NCBI GenBank assembly: GCA_963664395.2
Contig: OY761159.2
Coordinates: 2,848,001-2,912,000, forward strand
Reading direction: 5' to 3'
Length of the DNA stretch: 64,000 nucleotides
Source: Candidatus Binatia bacterium
GTDB lineage: Bacteria > Desulfobacterota > Binatia > Bin18
The notes under the pieces are model-generated. The model searched no databases. It was not told the DNA's origin and was given only the letters and a program-made list of their open reading frames with translations. Shown here piece by piece: positions 56,406 through 64,000 of this stretch (positions are counted from its first letter, which is position 1; each line of letters opens with the position of its first letter). A program made the translations under genes and the position numbers.

Positions 56406-59400
56406 TTGGAAACCAACGGGACGGGTGGTGGCTCGATTCGTGTGACTGGCGCATGCCAGAACAATCTCAAAAACATTGATGTTCAGATTCCCTTGAACCA
56501 GCTGACTGTGGTGACAGGCGTCAGCGGTTCGGGCAAGTCGAGCCTGGCTTTCGATATCTTGTATGCCGAGGGTCAGCGTCGCTACGTCGAGAGCTTCTCG
56601 GCCTACGCCCGGCAGTTTCTCGACCGGATGGACAAGCCCCAGGTCGAGCGCATTGACGGTATTCTGCCGGCCATTGCCATTGACCAAAACCGACCGGTGC
56701 GAACCTCACGTTCAACGGTCGGTACGATGACCGAACTGCACGACCATCTCAAACTCCTGTTTGCCAAAATAGGCACCTTGTACTGTCAGGGATGTGGCCA
56801 GCCGGTCGCGCGTGATTCGGCTGAATCGGTGTATAAAAAACTATGCGCAGAAAAGCTGGACGGCTCCCGCTTTCTCGTTACTTTTAGCGTTACAACGCCG
56901 GCCAGCCTCCCTTGGGAAGAAGTCCGAAACGGTCTGCTGCGGTCCGGTTTTCATCGTATTGTTGTCGCTGGAAAGCCTGTTGATATCCAGGAACTGGAAG
57001 AGCGGCCCGAGGCCGGGCAAGAAACCTGCACTGTCCTGGTTGACCGTTTGGTCCTGAATAACCGTTCCAAAAAACGCACGCACGATTCATTTGAACAGGC
57101 CTTTCAGTATGGCAAAGGCCGTCTCACGCTCATTTTCCCGGATGAGGACAATGCCGAATTTCCATTCTCGGACCGGCTTGAATGCGCGGCGTGTGGCATC
57201 GCGTATCAAGAGCCGGTGCCCAATATGTTCTCGTTCAATAGCCCGCTCGGGGCGTGTGCGACCTGCCGCGGGTTTGGTCGCACGATTGATATTGATCCAG
57301 AGTTGATTGTCCCCGATCCGACCCTGACGCTGAAAAAAGGTGCGGTGAAGCCCTGGCGGATCAAAGCGGCACAATGGGAGCGGCGCGAGTTGTTTTCCTT
57401 TTGTGAGCAGAACAACATCCCGACCGAGGTGCCGTGGCAGGCGCTGAGCCAAGAGCAGCGGCACGCCATCGTGGAAGGGGAAAATGACTACTACGGCGTG
57501 CGGGGGTGGTTCAAATGGCTGGAAACCAAAACGTATAAAATGCACGTGCGCGTCTTTCTGGCGCGCTACCGGGGCTATTTCGAGTGTGAGGCCTGTCACG
57601 GCGCGCGGCTCAAACCAGAGGGGCTGCTGTATCGGGTTGGGGGCAAGACTCTGGCTGATATCAATCTGATGAGTATTGGGGCGTGTGCGAAATTCTTCGG
57701 GGCCCTCACGCTGACGGCCTACCAGGATCAGGTCGCCCGTCTCATTCTCGATGAGATTCGGAAACGCCTGCGCTATCTGGTTGAGGTCGGGGTTGAATAC
57801 CTGACCCTGGACCGTCAATCCCGCACGCTGTCCGGCGGCGAACTGGAACGCGTGGACCTTACCACGGCGATAGGCTCTGCGCTGGTCAATACGCTCTATA
57901 TTCTGGACGAACCGTCAATTGGTTTACATCCGCGTGATAGCCAGCGCCTGGTCCGTATCCTGCAAGACTTGCGCGACAACGGGAATACGGTCGTCGTGGT
58001 CGAGCATGACCCGGAGATTATTCGCGCGACCGACAATGTCATCGACCTTGGACCGCTGGCTGGTGAAAAGGGCGGCGAGCTTGTTTTTAACGGGCCATAC
58101 GCCAAGCTGCTCAAAGACAAGAAGTCGTTGACCGGTCAGTACCTCTCTGGCCGTCTGGGCATTCCGCTCCCTCAGCAACGACGGCCTGTCAAGAAAAAAT
58201 ATTCTCTCAGCGTCCGGGGGGCGAGGGCGCATAATCTTCAGGATATCGATGTCACCATTCCGCTGGGCTGCATGGTGTGTCTGACCGGGGTGTCCGGGTC
58301 GGGCAAGTCGACGCTAGTGGAAGATGTCCTGTATCGCGGCCTCAAAAAACAGCGTGGCGAGCCGGTCGGCATCCCCGGCGCGTGTCGCGCTATCCTGGGC
58401 GGAGAGCAGCTGGCCGATATTATTTTTGTTGACCAGTCGGCCATCGGCACAACGCCGCGCGCCAATCTGCTCACCTATACCAAGGCGTTTGATACGGTGC
58501 GGCGCTTACTGTCGCAAACCGAACTGGCGCGTGTCCGGGGGTATACACCGAGTACATTCTCGTTCAACGTTGAAGGCGGACGCTGTGAGTCGTGCAAAGG
58601 CGAAGGCTCTGAAAAAGTCGAGATGCAGTTTCTCTCGGACGTGTATGTCCCGTGCCCCGAATGTCAGGGCAAACGTTTTCGAGAAGAGGTGCTGGAAGTC
58701 CGCTATAACGGCAAGGGTCTCACCGACATTCTTCACTTTACGGTCACTGAAGCAATAGAATTTTTTGGCGCGCAAAAAGAGCTCAAGCGCCGCCTCGCCC
58801 CGCTGGCTGCGGTCGGTCTGGAGTATATGCGTCTGGGCCAATCGCTGACGACGCTGTCCGGTGGCGAGGCGCAGCGGCTGAAGCTTGCCACGCATATCGC
58901 GAAGGAACGCTCTCAAGACCCTGATCCGGATAGAAGCCACAGCACGCTGTTCATCTTTGATGAGCCAACCACCGGACTGCATTTTGCCGACATTCAGAAA
59001 CTGCTCAGTGCGTTCGACCAGCTCGTTGAACGTGGGAATTCGGTCCTCATCATTGAGCATAACCTTGAGGTCATTAAGTATGCCGACCATCTGATAGACC
59101 TGGGGCCTGAAGGGGGAGACGGCGGCGGGACGATTATTGCCGAGGGCACGCCCGAACAGGTGGCGCAGGTTACGGCCTCGCATACTGGACGGTATTTGAA
59201 GGAAGTCTTAGGGTCCCCGTCCACAGTTCGCAGTGCAAAGTCCAAGAAGCGGACAGCGAAGTCCCTGGCGCGGTCTTTTGCTGCCGACGTTGGGAGTGGG
59301 AAGTCCATTGCCATTGTTGGGGCCAAGGAGCACAACCTGCAGAATATTTCGGTTGATATTCCGCGCGACCAAATGGTGGTGGTGACGGGCCTGTCCGGGT

Positions 59401-62096
59401 CCGGAAAGTCAACGCTGGTTTTTGACTTGGTCTATGCCGAAGGCCAACGCCGCTATATTGACAGTCTGTCTGCCTACTCGCGGCAATTCATCAAGGTCCT
59501 CGCCCGGCCCAATGTTGATCTGCTGACCGGTATTCCACCCACGGTGGCCATTGAGCAGCGCATGAGTCGGGGCGGACGGAACTCGACCGTTGCCACCGTC
59601 ACCGAGCTTTCTCATTACTTGCGACTGCTGTATGCCAAGATTGGTGTGCAGCACTGTACGCAGTGTGGTGAGCCTCTGGCTGCGCGAAGCCGGAGTCAAA
59701 TATTGGATCGTATTCAGGCCGATTTTCACGGTCAGGAAACAACCTTTCTCGCGCCCGTGGTGCGGGGGCGGAAGGGATTTCATAAAGACATCTTGGATGG
59801 CGCGCGCAAGCTGGGCTTTCAGCACGCGCGGATCGATGCCCACAAGACAACTTTAGCACCGGGTTTGAGTTTGCAGCGCTATAAAGAGCACGATATCGAT
59901 ATTGTTATTGGCGAAACGCTGGTGAATGGCGCGAATGGAAACCGGCGCGACACTGAGGCCCTGCTCCAGTCCGCCCTGCGGATTGGGAATGGTGCGGTCC
60001 ATGTGTTTGGCCAAAACGAGGGTACCTCTGCTGAGCGTATCTATAGTGAGCATCTGTTCTGCGTAGCGTGTGGACTCGGGTTTGAAGAACTCGACCCACG
60101 CCTGTTTTCATTCAACAGCCGTCAAGGAGCCTGTCCGGCCTGTACGGGCGCGGGCTTTTTGTGGGAGTTTGATCCTGAACTTGTCGTCCCGGATGAGAGC
60201 AAATCTCTCAAACGAGACGCGCTCCTGCCGCTCGCTCGCTCTGAGCTTGCACGCGAGAAGAACAAGCTATTACGTGGGCTCAAGAAGCTGAGTGTCCCGG
60301 TTGACCGGCCATTTGGTGAGCTGAGCGTGGCGCAGCGTGAAGTGGTCTTTTCCGGGGATGGCAATGGGCTTCAGGGTACGTTCGCTATCTTGAACGAAGC
60401 GCTTGAATCCGGCCAGGATACGGGTGCCTCGTATGCTCTGTCGCAATTCCTGGGTGAGTCTGCCTGTCCGGAATGTCAGGGTGAGCGTCTGAATCCACGC
60501 GCGCGGGCTGTGCAGGTCTACGGTCACTCTCTTCCGGCTCTGCTGCGTTTGGCGACAGATGATTGCCTCAGTCATCTGCAGGCCCTTTCGCTGTCCGAGC
60601 GTGACACGCTCGTCGGGGGGCCGATTCTCAAAGAAATCGTCCCGAGACTCACCTTCCTCAATCAAGTGGGCCTGTCATATCTGTCGTTGGACCGCCGAGC
60701 TGATACGTTGTCTGGCGGAGAGGCGCAGCGTATTCGTCTGGCCGCCCAGCTTGGCTCCAATCTATGTGGGGTATGTTACATCTTGGACGAACCGACCATA
60801 GGACTGCATCCACGTGATAATGCCCGCTTGATTGATACCCTGCGCAATCTGCGAGAACGCGGCAATACCGTCCTGGTTGTTGAACACGACGAGCAGACTA
60901 TCGAAAATGCGGATGTGGTGATTGACCTCGGGCCGGGTGCCGGGGTGCACGGCGGTCAAGTCGTGGCAATTGGCTCGCCCGACGAATTGCGGGCGAATGC
61001 GGATTCCCTTACCGGTCAATTCCTCTCCTCCGCCCACCCGCGTCTGGGACCAGTCCGAGCTCTTACAGATCGACCGGCGCTCAGTCTCCGAGGAGTGCGA
61101 GAGAACAATCTGAAGAATATCGACATTGACATTCCCATCGGCACATGGGTGTGCGTATCCGGGGTGTCTGGGTCTGGAAAAAGCTCTTTAGTCCAGGAAG
61201 TCCTCGTCAACGGGCTGCGGCGCAAGCTTGGGCTGTATGCCGGTCGGGTTGGTAGACATGACAGCATTGACAACACGGAGTCCATCGAACGTGTAGTTGA
61301 GGTAGACCAATCGCCCATTGGGAAAACTCCGCGTTCGGTCCCGGCGTCCTACGTGGGCCTTTGGGACGAAGCCCGCCGGCTATTTTCTCTGCTGCCTGAT
61401 GCACGGCTGCGCGGATATAAACCCGGCCGCTTCTCTTTCAATGTGAAAGGGGGGCGCTGTGAGACGTGTACCGGCCAGGGCCGCATTAAGATGGAAATGA
61501 GCTTCCTGCCCGACGTGTACGTCACCTGCGATGTCTGTGGGGGTACGCGCTACAACGAGGAGACCTTGGAAATTGCCTACAATGGCAAGAACATTTCTGA
61601 TGTGCTTGAAATGACAATTGAAGAAGCGGCGACGTTCTTCATTGGGGTGCCAAAAATTGCGCGACCGCTAAAGCTTCTGAACGATATCGGTATGGGTTAT
61701 ATTCGGCTCGGTCAGGCCAGTAACACGCTGTCCGGGGGTGAAGCCCAGCGCATCAAACTGGCCTACGAGCTTGCAAAACGCTCACATGGCAAAACGCTGT
61801 ATGTCTTAGACGAGCCAACAACGGGGCTCCATTTCACCGATATCGAAAAACTGATCCATACGCTCCATCGTCTGATTGATAAGGGCAATACTGTTGTGAC
61901 GATTGAACATAATCTCGACATTATCAAAGAAGCTGATTACATCATTGACCTCGGCCCCGAAGGCGGCGCAGCCGGTGGAAACATTGTTGCCAGCGGCACC
62001 CTAAAGCAGCTCATGAAGAAGGCCAAGCAGTCGTACACGGCACAGTGTTTGAAAGAGTATCTGAATGGAGGGAACAATGGCGCGCGAGCAAATTGA
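56406..62096 (+). CDS. uvrA: Double-length excinuclease ABC subunit A
   Basis: Four Walker A motifs (G[V/L]SGSGKS) and four LSGGE motifs; Zn fingers; two UvrA units in 1896 aa; TTG start. Confidence 0.93.
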   Translation: METNGTGGGSIRVTGACQNNLKNIDVQIPLNQLTVVTGVSGSGKSSLAFDILYAEGQRRYVESFSAYARQFLDRMDKPQVERIDGILPAIAIDQNRPVRTSRSTVGTMTELHDHLKLLFAKIGTLYCQGCGQPVARDSAESVYKKLCAEKLDGSRFLVTFSVTTPASLPWEEVRNGLLRSGFHRIVVAGKPVDIQELEERPEAGQETCTVLVDRLVLNNRSKKRTHDSFEQAFQYGKGRLTLIFPDEDNAEFPFSDRLECAACGIAYQEPVPNMFSFNSPLGACATCRGFGRTIDIDPELIVPDPTLTLKKGAVKPWRIKAAQWERRELFSFCEQNNIPTEVPWQALSQEQRHAIVEGENDYYGVRGWFKWLETKTYKMHVRVFLARYRGYFECEACHGARLKPEGLLYRVGGKTLADINLMSIGACAKFFGALTLTAYQDQVARLILDEIRKRLRYLVEVGVEYLTLDRQSRTLSGGELERVDLTTAIGSALVNTLYILDEPSIGLHPRDSQRLVRILQDLRDNGNTVVVVEHDPEIIRATDNVIDLGPLAGEKGGELVFNGPYAKLLKDKKSLTGQYLSGRLGIPLPQQRRPVKKKYSLSVRGARAHNLQDIDVTIPLGCMVCLTGVSGSGKSTLVEDVLYRGLKKQRGEPVGIPGACRAILGGEQLADIIFVDQSAIGTTPRANLLTYTKAFDTVRRLLSQTELARVRGYTPSTFSFNVEGGRCESCKGEGSEKVEMQFLSDVYVPCPECQGKRFREEVLEVRYNGKGLTDILHFTVTEAIEFFGAQKELKRRLAPLAAVGLEYMRLGQSLTTLSGGEAQRLKLATHIAKERSQDPDPDRSHSTLFIFDEPTTGLHFADIQKLLSAFDQLVERGNSVLIIEHNLEVIKYADHLIDLGPEGGDGGGTIIAEGTPEQVAQVTASHTGRYLKEVLGSPSTVRSAKSKKRTAKSLARSFAADVGSGKSIAIVGAKEHNLQNISVDIPRDQMVVVTGLSGSGKSTLVFDLVYAEGQRRYIDSLSAYSRQFIKVLARPNVDLLTGIPPTVAIEQRMSRGGRNSTVATVTELSHYLRLLYAKIGVQHCTQCGEPLAARSRSQILDRIQADFHGQETTFLAPVVRGRKGFHKDILDGARKLGFQHARIDAHKTTLAPGLSLQRYKEHDIDIVIGETLVNGANGNRRDTEALLQSALRIGNGAVHVFGQNEGTSAERIYSEHLFCVACGLGFEELDPRLFSFNSRQGACPACTGAGFLWEFDPELVVPDESKSLKRDALLPLARSELAREKNKLLRGLKKLSVPVDRPFGELSVAQREVVFSGDGNGLQGTFAILNEALESGQDTGASYALSQFLGESACPECQGERLNPRARAVQVYGHSLPALLRLATDDCLSHLQALSLSERDTLVGGPILKEIVPRLTFLNQVGLSYLSLDRRADTLSGGEAQRIRLAAQLGSNLCGVCYILDEPTIGLHPRDNARLIDTLRNLRERGNTVLVVEHDEQTIENADVVIDLGPGAGVHGGQVVAIGSPDELRANADSLTGQFLSSAHPRLGPVRALTDRPALSLRGVRENNLKNIDIDIPIGTWVCVSGVSGSGKSSLVQEVLVNGLRRKLGLYAGRVGRHDSIDNTESIERVVEVDQSPIGKTPRSVPASYVGLWDEARRLFSLLPDARLRGYKPGRFSFNVKGGRCETCTGQGRIKMEMSFLPDVYVTCDVCGGTRYNEETLEIAYNGKNISDVLEMTIEEAATFFIGVPKIARPLKLLNDIGMGYIRLGQASNTLSGGEAQRIKLAYELAKRSHGKTLYVLDEPTTGLHFTDIEKLIHTLHRLIDKGNTVVTIEHNLDIIKEADYIIDLGPEGGAAGGNIVASGTLKQLMKKAKQSYTAQCLKEYLNGGNNGARAN

Positions 62097-62493
62097 ACAG
62101 GAGATGGCGACCGCTGCTCATACCTATTTCGAGCGAGTCACGAACGGCGATGTAGACGGCATTCTCGAATTATTTGCCGACGATGCGCAGCTCATCAATC
62201 CCGTAACCGGTGCCGCCGGGATTCGAGGCAAGGCCGCTCTCCGCGTGTTCTACGAAAAACTGACAGCCAGTCTCGTCGATTATACAGCCGCGGCTACGGA
62301 CATCATTATCGAAGGCAATAAACTTATCGCGCCACTCCATCTCGAAGGGAAGACGACGGACGGAAAGCCGCTGGTGATGGACAACCTGAACTTCTGGACA
62401 TTTGAGAATGGGAAGTTCAAGGTGTTGCGGATTTATATGGATACCCATCCTTACCGCGCGGCGCTCAGTCAGGCGCTGAGTGGTACGGAGTAG
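62077..62493 (+). CDS. SnoaL/NTF2-like protein
   Basis: YF...GDVDGILELFADDA...RGKAALRVFY...FENGK. Confidence 0.8.
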   Translation: MAREQIEQEMATAAHTYFERVTNGDVDGILELFADDAQLINPVTGAAGIRGKAALRVFYEKLTASLVDYTAAATDIIIEGNKLIAPLHLEGKTTDGKPLVMDNLNFWTFENGKFKVLRIYMDTHPYRAALSQALSGTE

Positions 62494-62502
62494 AGGGGCT
62501 TC

Positions 62503-62904
62503 TTGCAATTCGAGTTCATCATAGATGGTCCCCCTGTCTCTCAGCAGGCACGTCGAAGCAAACGAAGAAAAGAGTGGGTGGTGGAGGTTCAGGATGCCAT
62601 ACGGCGGTATTGGTCGGTGGGAGAGGTCCCCGTAACGGAACAGGTTATGCTTACCATCACCTACTTTCATGAAGGAAATTCGTTGGATGTCGATAATATC
62701 CCCAAGCCGATATTGGATGCGCTCAAAGACCTGGTGTATAGCGATGATACTCAAGTCACAGACCTTGTGTGTCGCAAGCGAAACCTCAATGATGATTTGC
62801 GCATTGTAAATTCTTCGAGCGTCTTGGCTGAAGGATTCGACCGTGGTAACGAATTTCTTTATGTCGTAGTCGAAGACGCGCCGGATCAAGAGGTTATTTT
62901 CTAA
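62503..62904 (+). CDS. RusA-like endodeoxyribonuclease
   Basis: FEFIIDGPPVSQQ, DVDNIPKPILDAL...VYSDDTQV; TTG start. Confidence 0.82.
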   Translation: MQFEFIIDGPPVSQQARRSKRRKEWVVEVQDAIRRYWSVGEVPVTEQVMLTITYFHEGNSLDVDNIPKPILDALKDLVYSDDTQVTDLVCRKRNLNDDLRIVNSSSVLAEGFDRGNEFLYVVVEDAPDQEVIF

Positions 62905-63596
62905 TGGAAACGACTATTCCTTCGGAGAGCCAGCGCGCTCAGGAGCTTGCTCAGGAATATCGCAGCAAAGGCTACGAGGTCATACCGGCGCCTTCGCCCG
63001 AACAACTGCCTGATTTTTTGGGTGAGTACCGGCCTGATTTGCTCGTCAGAAAAGGCTCTGAGTCCATCGTTGTAGAGGTGAAGACTCGTTCGTCTCTTGC
63101 AGAAAATCCGCGACTTAGAGATCTGGCCCGCGTACTGTACGCCAAGCCGGGTTGGAAGTTCGAGTTGGTCATGGTGCGCGAAAAAGAGAAACTAAATGCG
63201 CCAGAAGGTGCACGTCCCTTTGCCAGAGAGGATGTCTCTGGCAGGCTTGAGACAGTAGAAGGGCTTCTTGAAACAGGCTCGCCCGAGGCTGCCTTTCTGC
63301 TCGGGTGGGGAGCACTAGAGGCCACAGTTCGTCTGCTTGCGGAAGAGGAGCAACTGACGCTTGAGCGTATTTCACCTTCGTATCTGCTCCATCAGGCAGT
63401 AACAAATGGCGTCATCTCCAGAGAAGACTACGCCCTGCTCCTGCGTGCCATGAAATATCGGAACGCTCTGGCGCATGGGTTCAAAATCGCGGATTTTGAT
63501 GCGGCTCTTGTGAGAGATATCATCAACACGACTAGACATCTTTTGGCAGAAACAAGCGGAGCGCCGCCCGAAGGGGCTGAGTCGTCCAGTCCCTGA
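62904..63596 (+). CDS. PD-(D/E)xK REase-fold + HEPN-like fusion protein
   Basis: EYRSKGYEV...RPDLLVRK...VVEVKT; C-terminal AAFLLGW..LE...RNALAHG (Rx4H). Confidence 0.72.
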   Translation: METTIPSESQRAQELAQEYRSKGYEVIPAPSPEQLPDFLGEYRPDLLVRKGSESIVVEVKTRSSLAENPRLRDLARVLYAKPGWKFELVMVREKEKLNAPEGARPFAREDVSGRLETVEGLLETGSPEAAFLLGWGALEATVRLLAEEEQLTLERISPSYLLHQAVTNGVISREDYALLLRAMKYRNALAHGFKIADFDAALVRDIINTTRHLLAETSGAPPEGAESSSP

Positions 63597-63602
63597 CAAG
63601 CC

Positions 63603-63633
63603 GTAGGTCGGATTAGCGGAGCGTAACCCGACA
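63603..63633. repeat. GTAG-type REP element
   Basis: GTAG-GTCGGATTA-GCGGAGCG-TAACCCGAC. Confidence 0.7.
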
Positions 63634-63692
63634 GCGTTCCTGATTGCGACGGCCGCAAAAATTTCTCCCTCTGACTTCTCATGCGATATTGG

Positions 63693-63720
63693 TTGAAGGC
63701 AGGAGCAGAAGAGGTATAAT
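63693..63720 (+). promoter_or_regulatory. Putative sigma-70 promoter of brnT operon
   Basis: TTGAAG-N16-TATAAT, 12 nt upstream of ATG 63733. Confidence 0.55.
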
Positions 63721-63732
63721 TTTTATACTCCT

Positions 63733-63999
63733 ATGCGGTTTGAATTTGATCCCAGGAAAAGCAAGAAAAATAAAGAAAAGCACGGGATTGATTTCGTCGA
63801 AGCCCAAAAACTATAGGAAGATGAAGAGCGGTTGGAAATCGAAGCACGTAGTGACGACGAACCTCGCCTCGCTTTGATTGCCATGGCCGAAGGAAAGCTA
63901 TGATCAGCTTTTTTTACGTATCGGGGAGAGCAATGTGTCCGGCTTATCTCTGTCCGACGGGCGAGAGAGAAAGAAGAGCAATTGTATTATGAAGGCTAA
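63733..63999 (+). pseudogene. brnT: BrnT family toxin with two in-frame stops
   Basis: MRFEFDPRKS..NKEKHGIDFVEAQKL*ED...EPR...GKL*SAFFTYRG...RLISVRRAR; TAG 63814, TGA 63901. Confidence 0.85.
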
Positions 64000-64000
64000 A
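63989..64000 (+). CDS. Probable start of cognate antitoxin (truncated by window)
   Basis: ATG AAG GCT AAA overlapping the brnT 3' end. Confidence 0.4.

Noticed and set aside
56406-62096. Assembly duplication of uvrA
   Set aside because: The two halves are strongly diverged in protein sequence
62503-62904. Prophage suggested by the RusA-like gene
   Set aside because: No integrase, structural, replication or lysis genes nearby
52977-63903. Alternative genetic code or programmed readthrough explaining in-frame stops
   Set aside because: The stops are of all three types, and TAA, TAG and TGA terminate normal genes throughout the window; no SECIS/PYLIS context recognised

Overview
Bacterial chromosomal window of mostly moderately high GC. 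Gene content suggests a Binatia/Deltaproteobacteria-like organism, but this is inference only. Housekeeping and metabolic content: the end of a batB-C-D-E operon; thiolase/OB-fold, SDR and acyl-CoA dehydrogenase lipid-catabolism genes; two tandem exported SlyD-like PPIases; amgK-murU peptidoglycan recycling; orphan intradiol and extradiol ring-cleavage dioxygenases; mltF-like, rlpA, smr and corC-like genes; a second MoxR-DUF58-vWA operon; pepP; and a double-length UvrA. The right third holds accessory and defence-type genes: a DUF2442/DUF4160 TA pair, a low-GC HEPN-like ORF, an MmeI-type RM enzyme, a DUF6516 TA pair, a translationally coupled RusA-like + REase-HEPN pair, and brnT. Most notable observations: (1) the RusA-like/REase-HEPN two-gene module, a candidate undescribed defence or TA system; (2) a PLP aminotransferase fused to a truncated Mur-ligase ATPase domain; (3) an operon with a metal-ligand-less lactonase-like lipoprotein, a GGCT-like protein, a PTPS-III enzyme and a cytochrome c; (4) an IS5 relic apparently eroded mainly by A:T->C:G transversions; (5) a ~78-bp repeat element present both intergenically and in-frame inside a vWA gene; (6) in-frame stops in two toxin genes and a panE-like gene. 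No rRNA, tRNA or CRISPR array was seen. All family calls come from motif recognition, not database searches.
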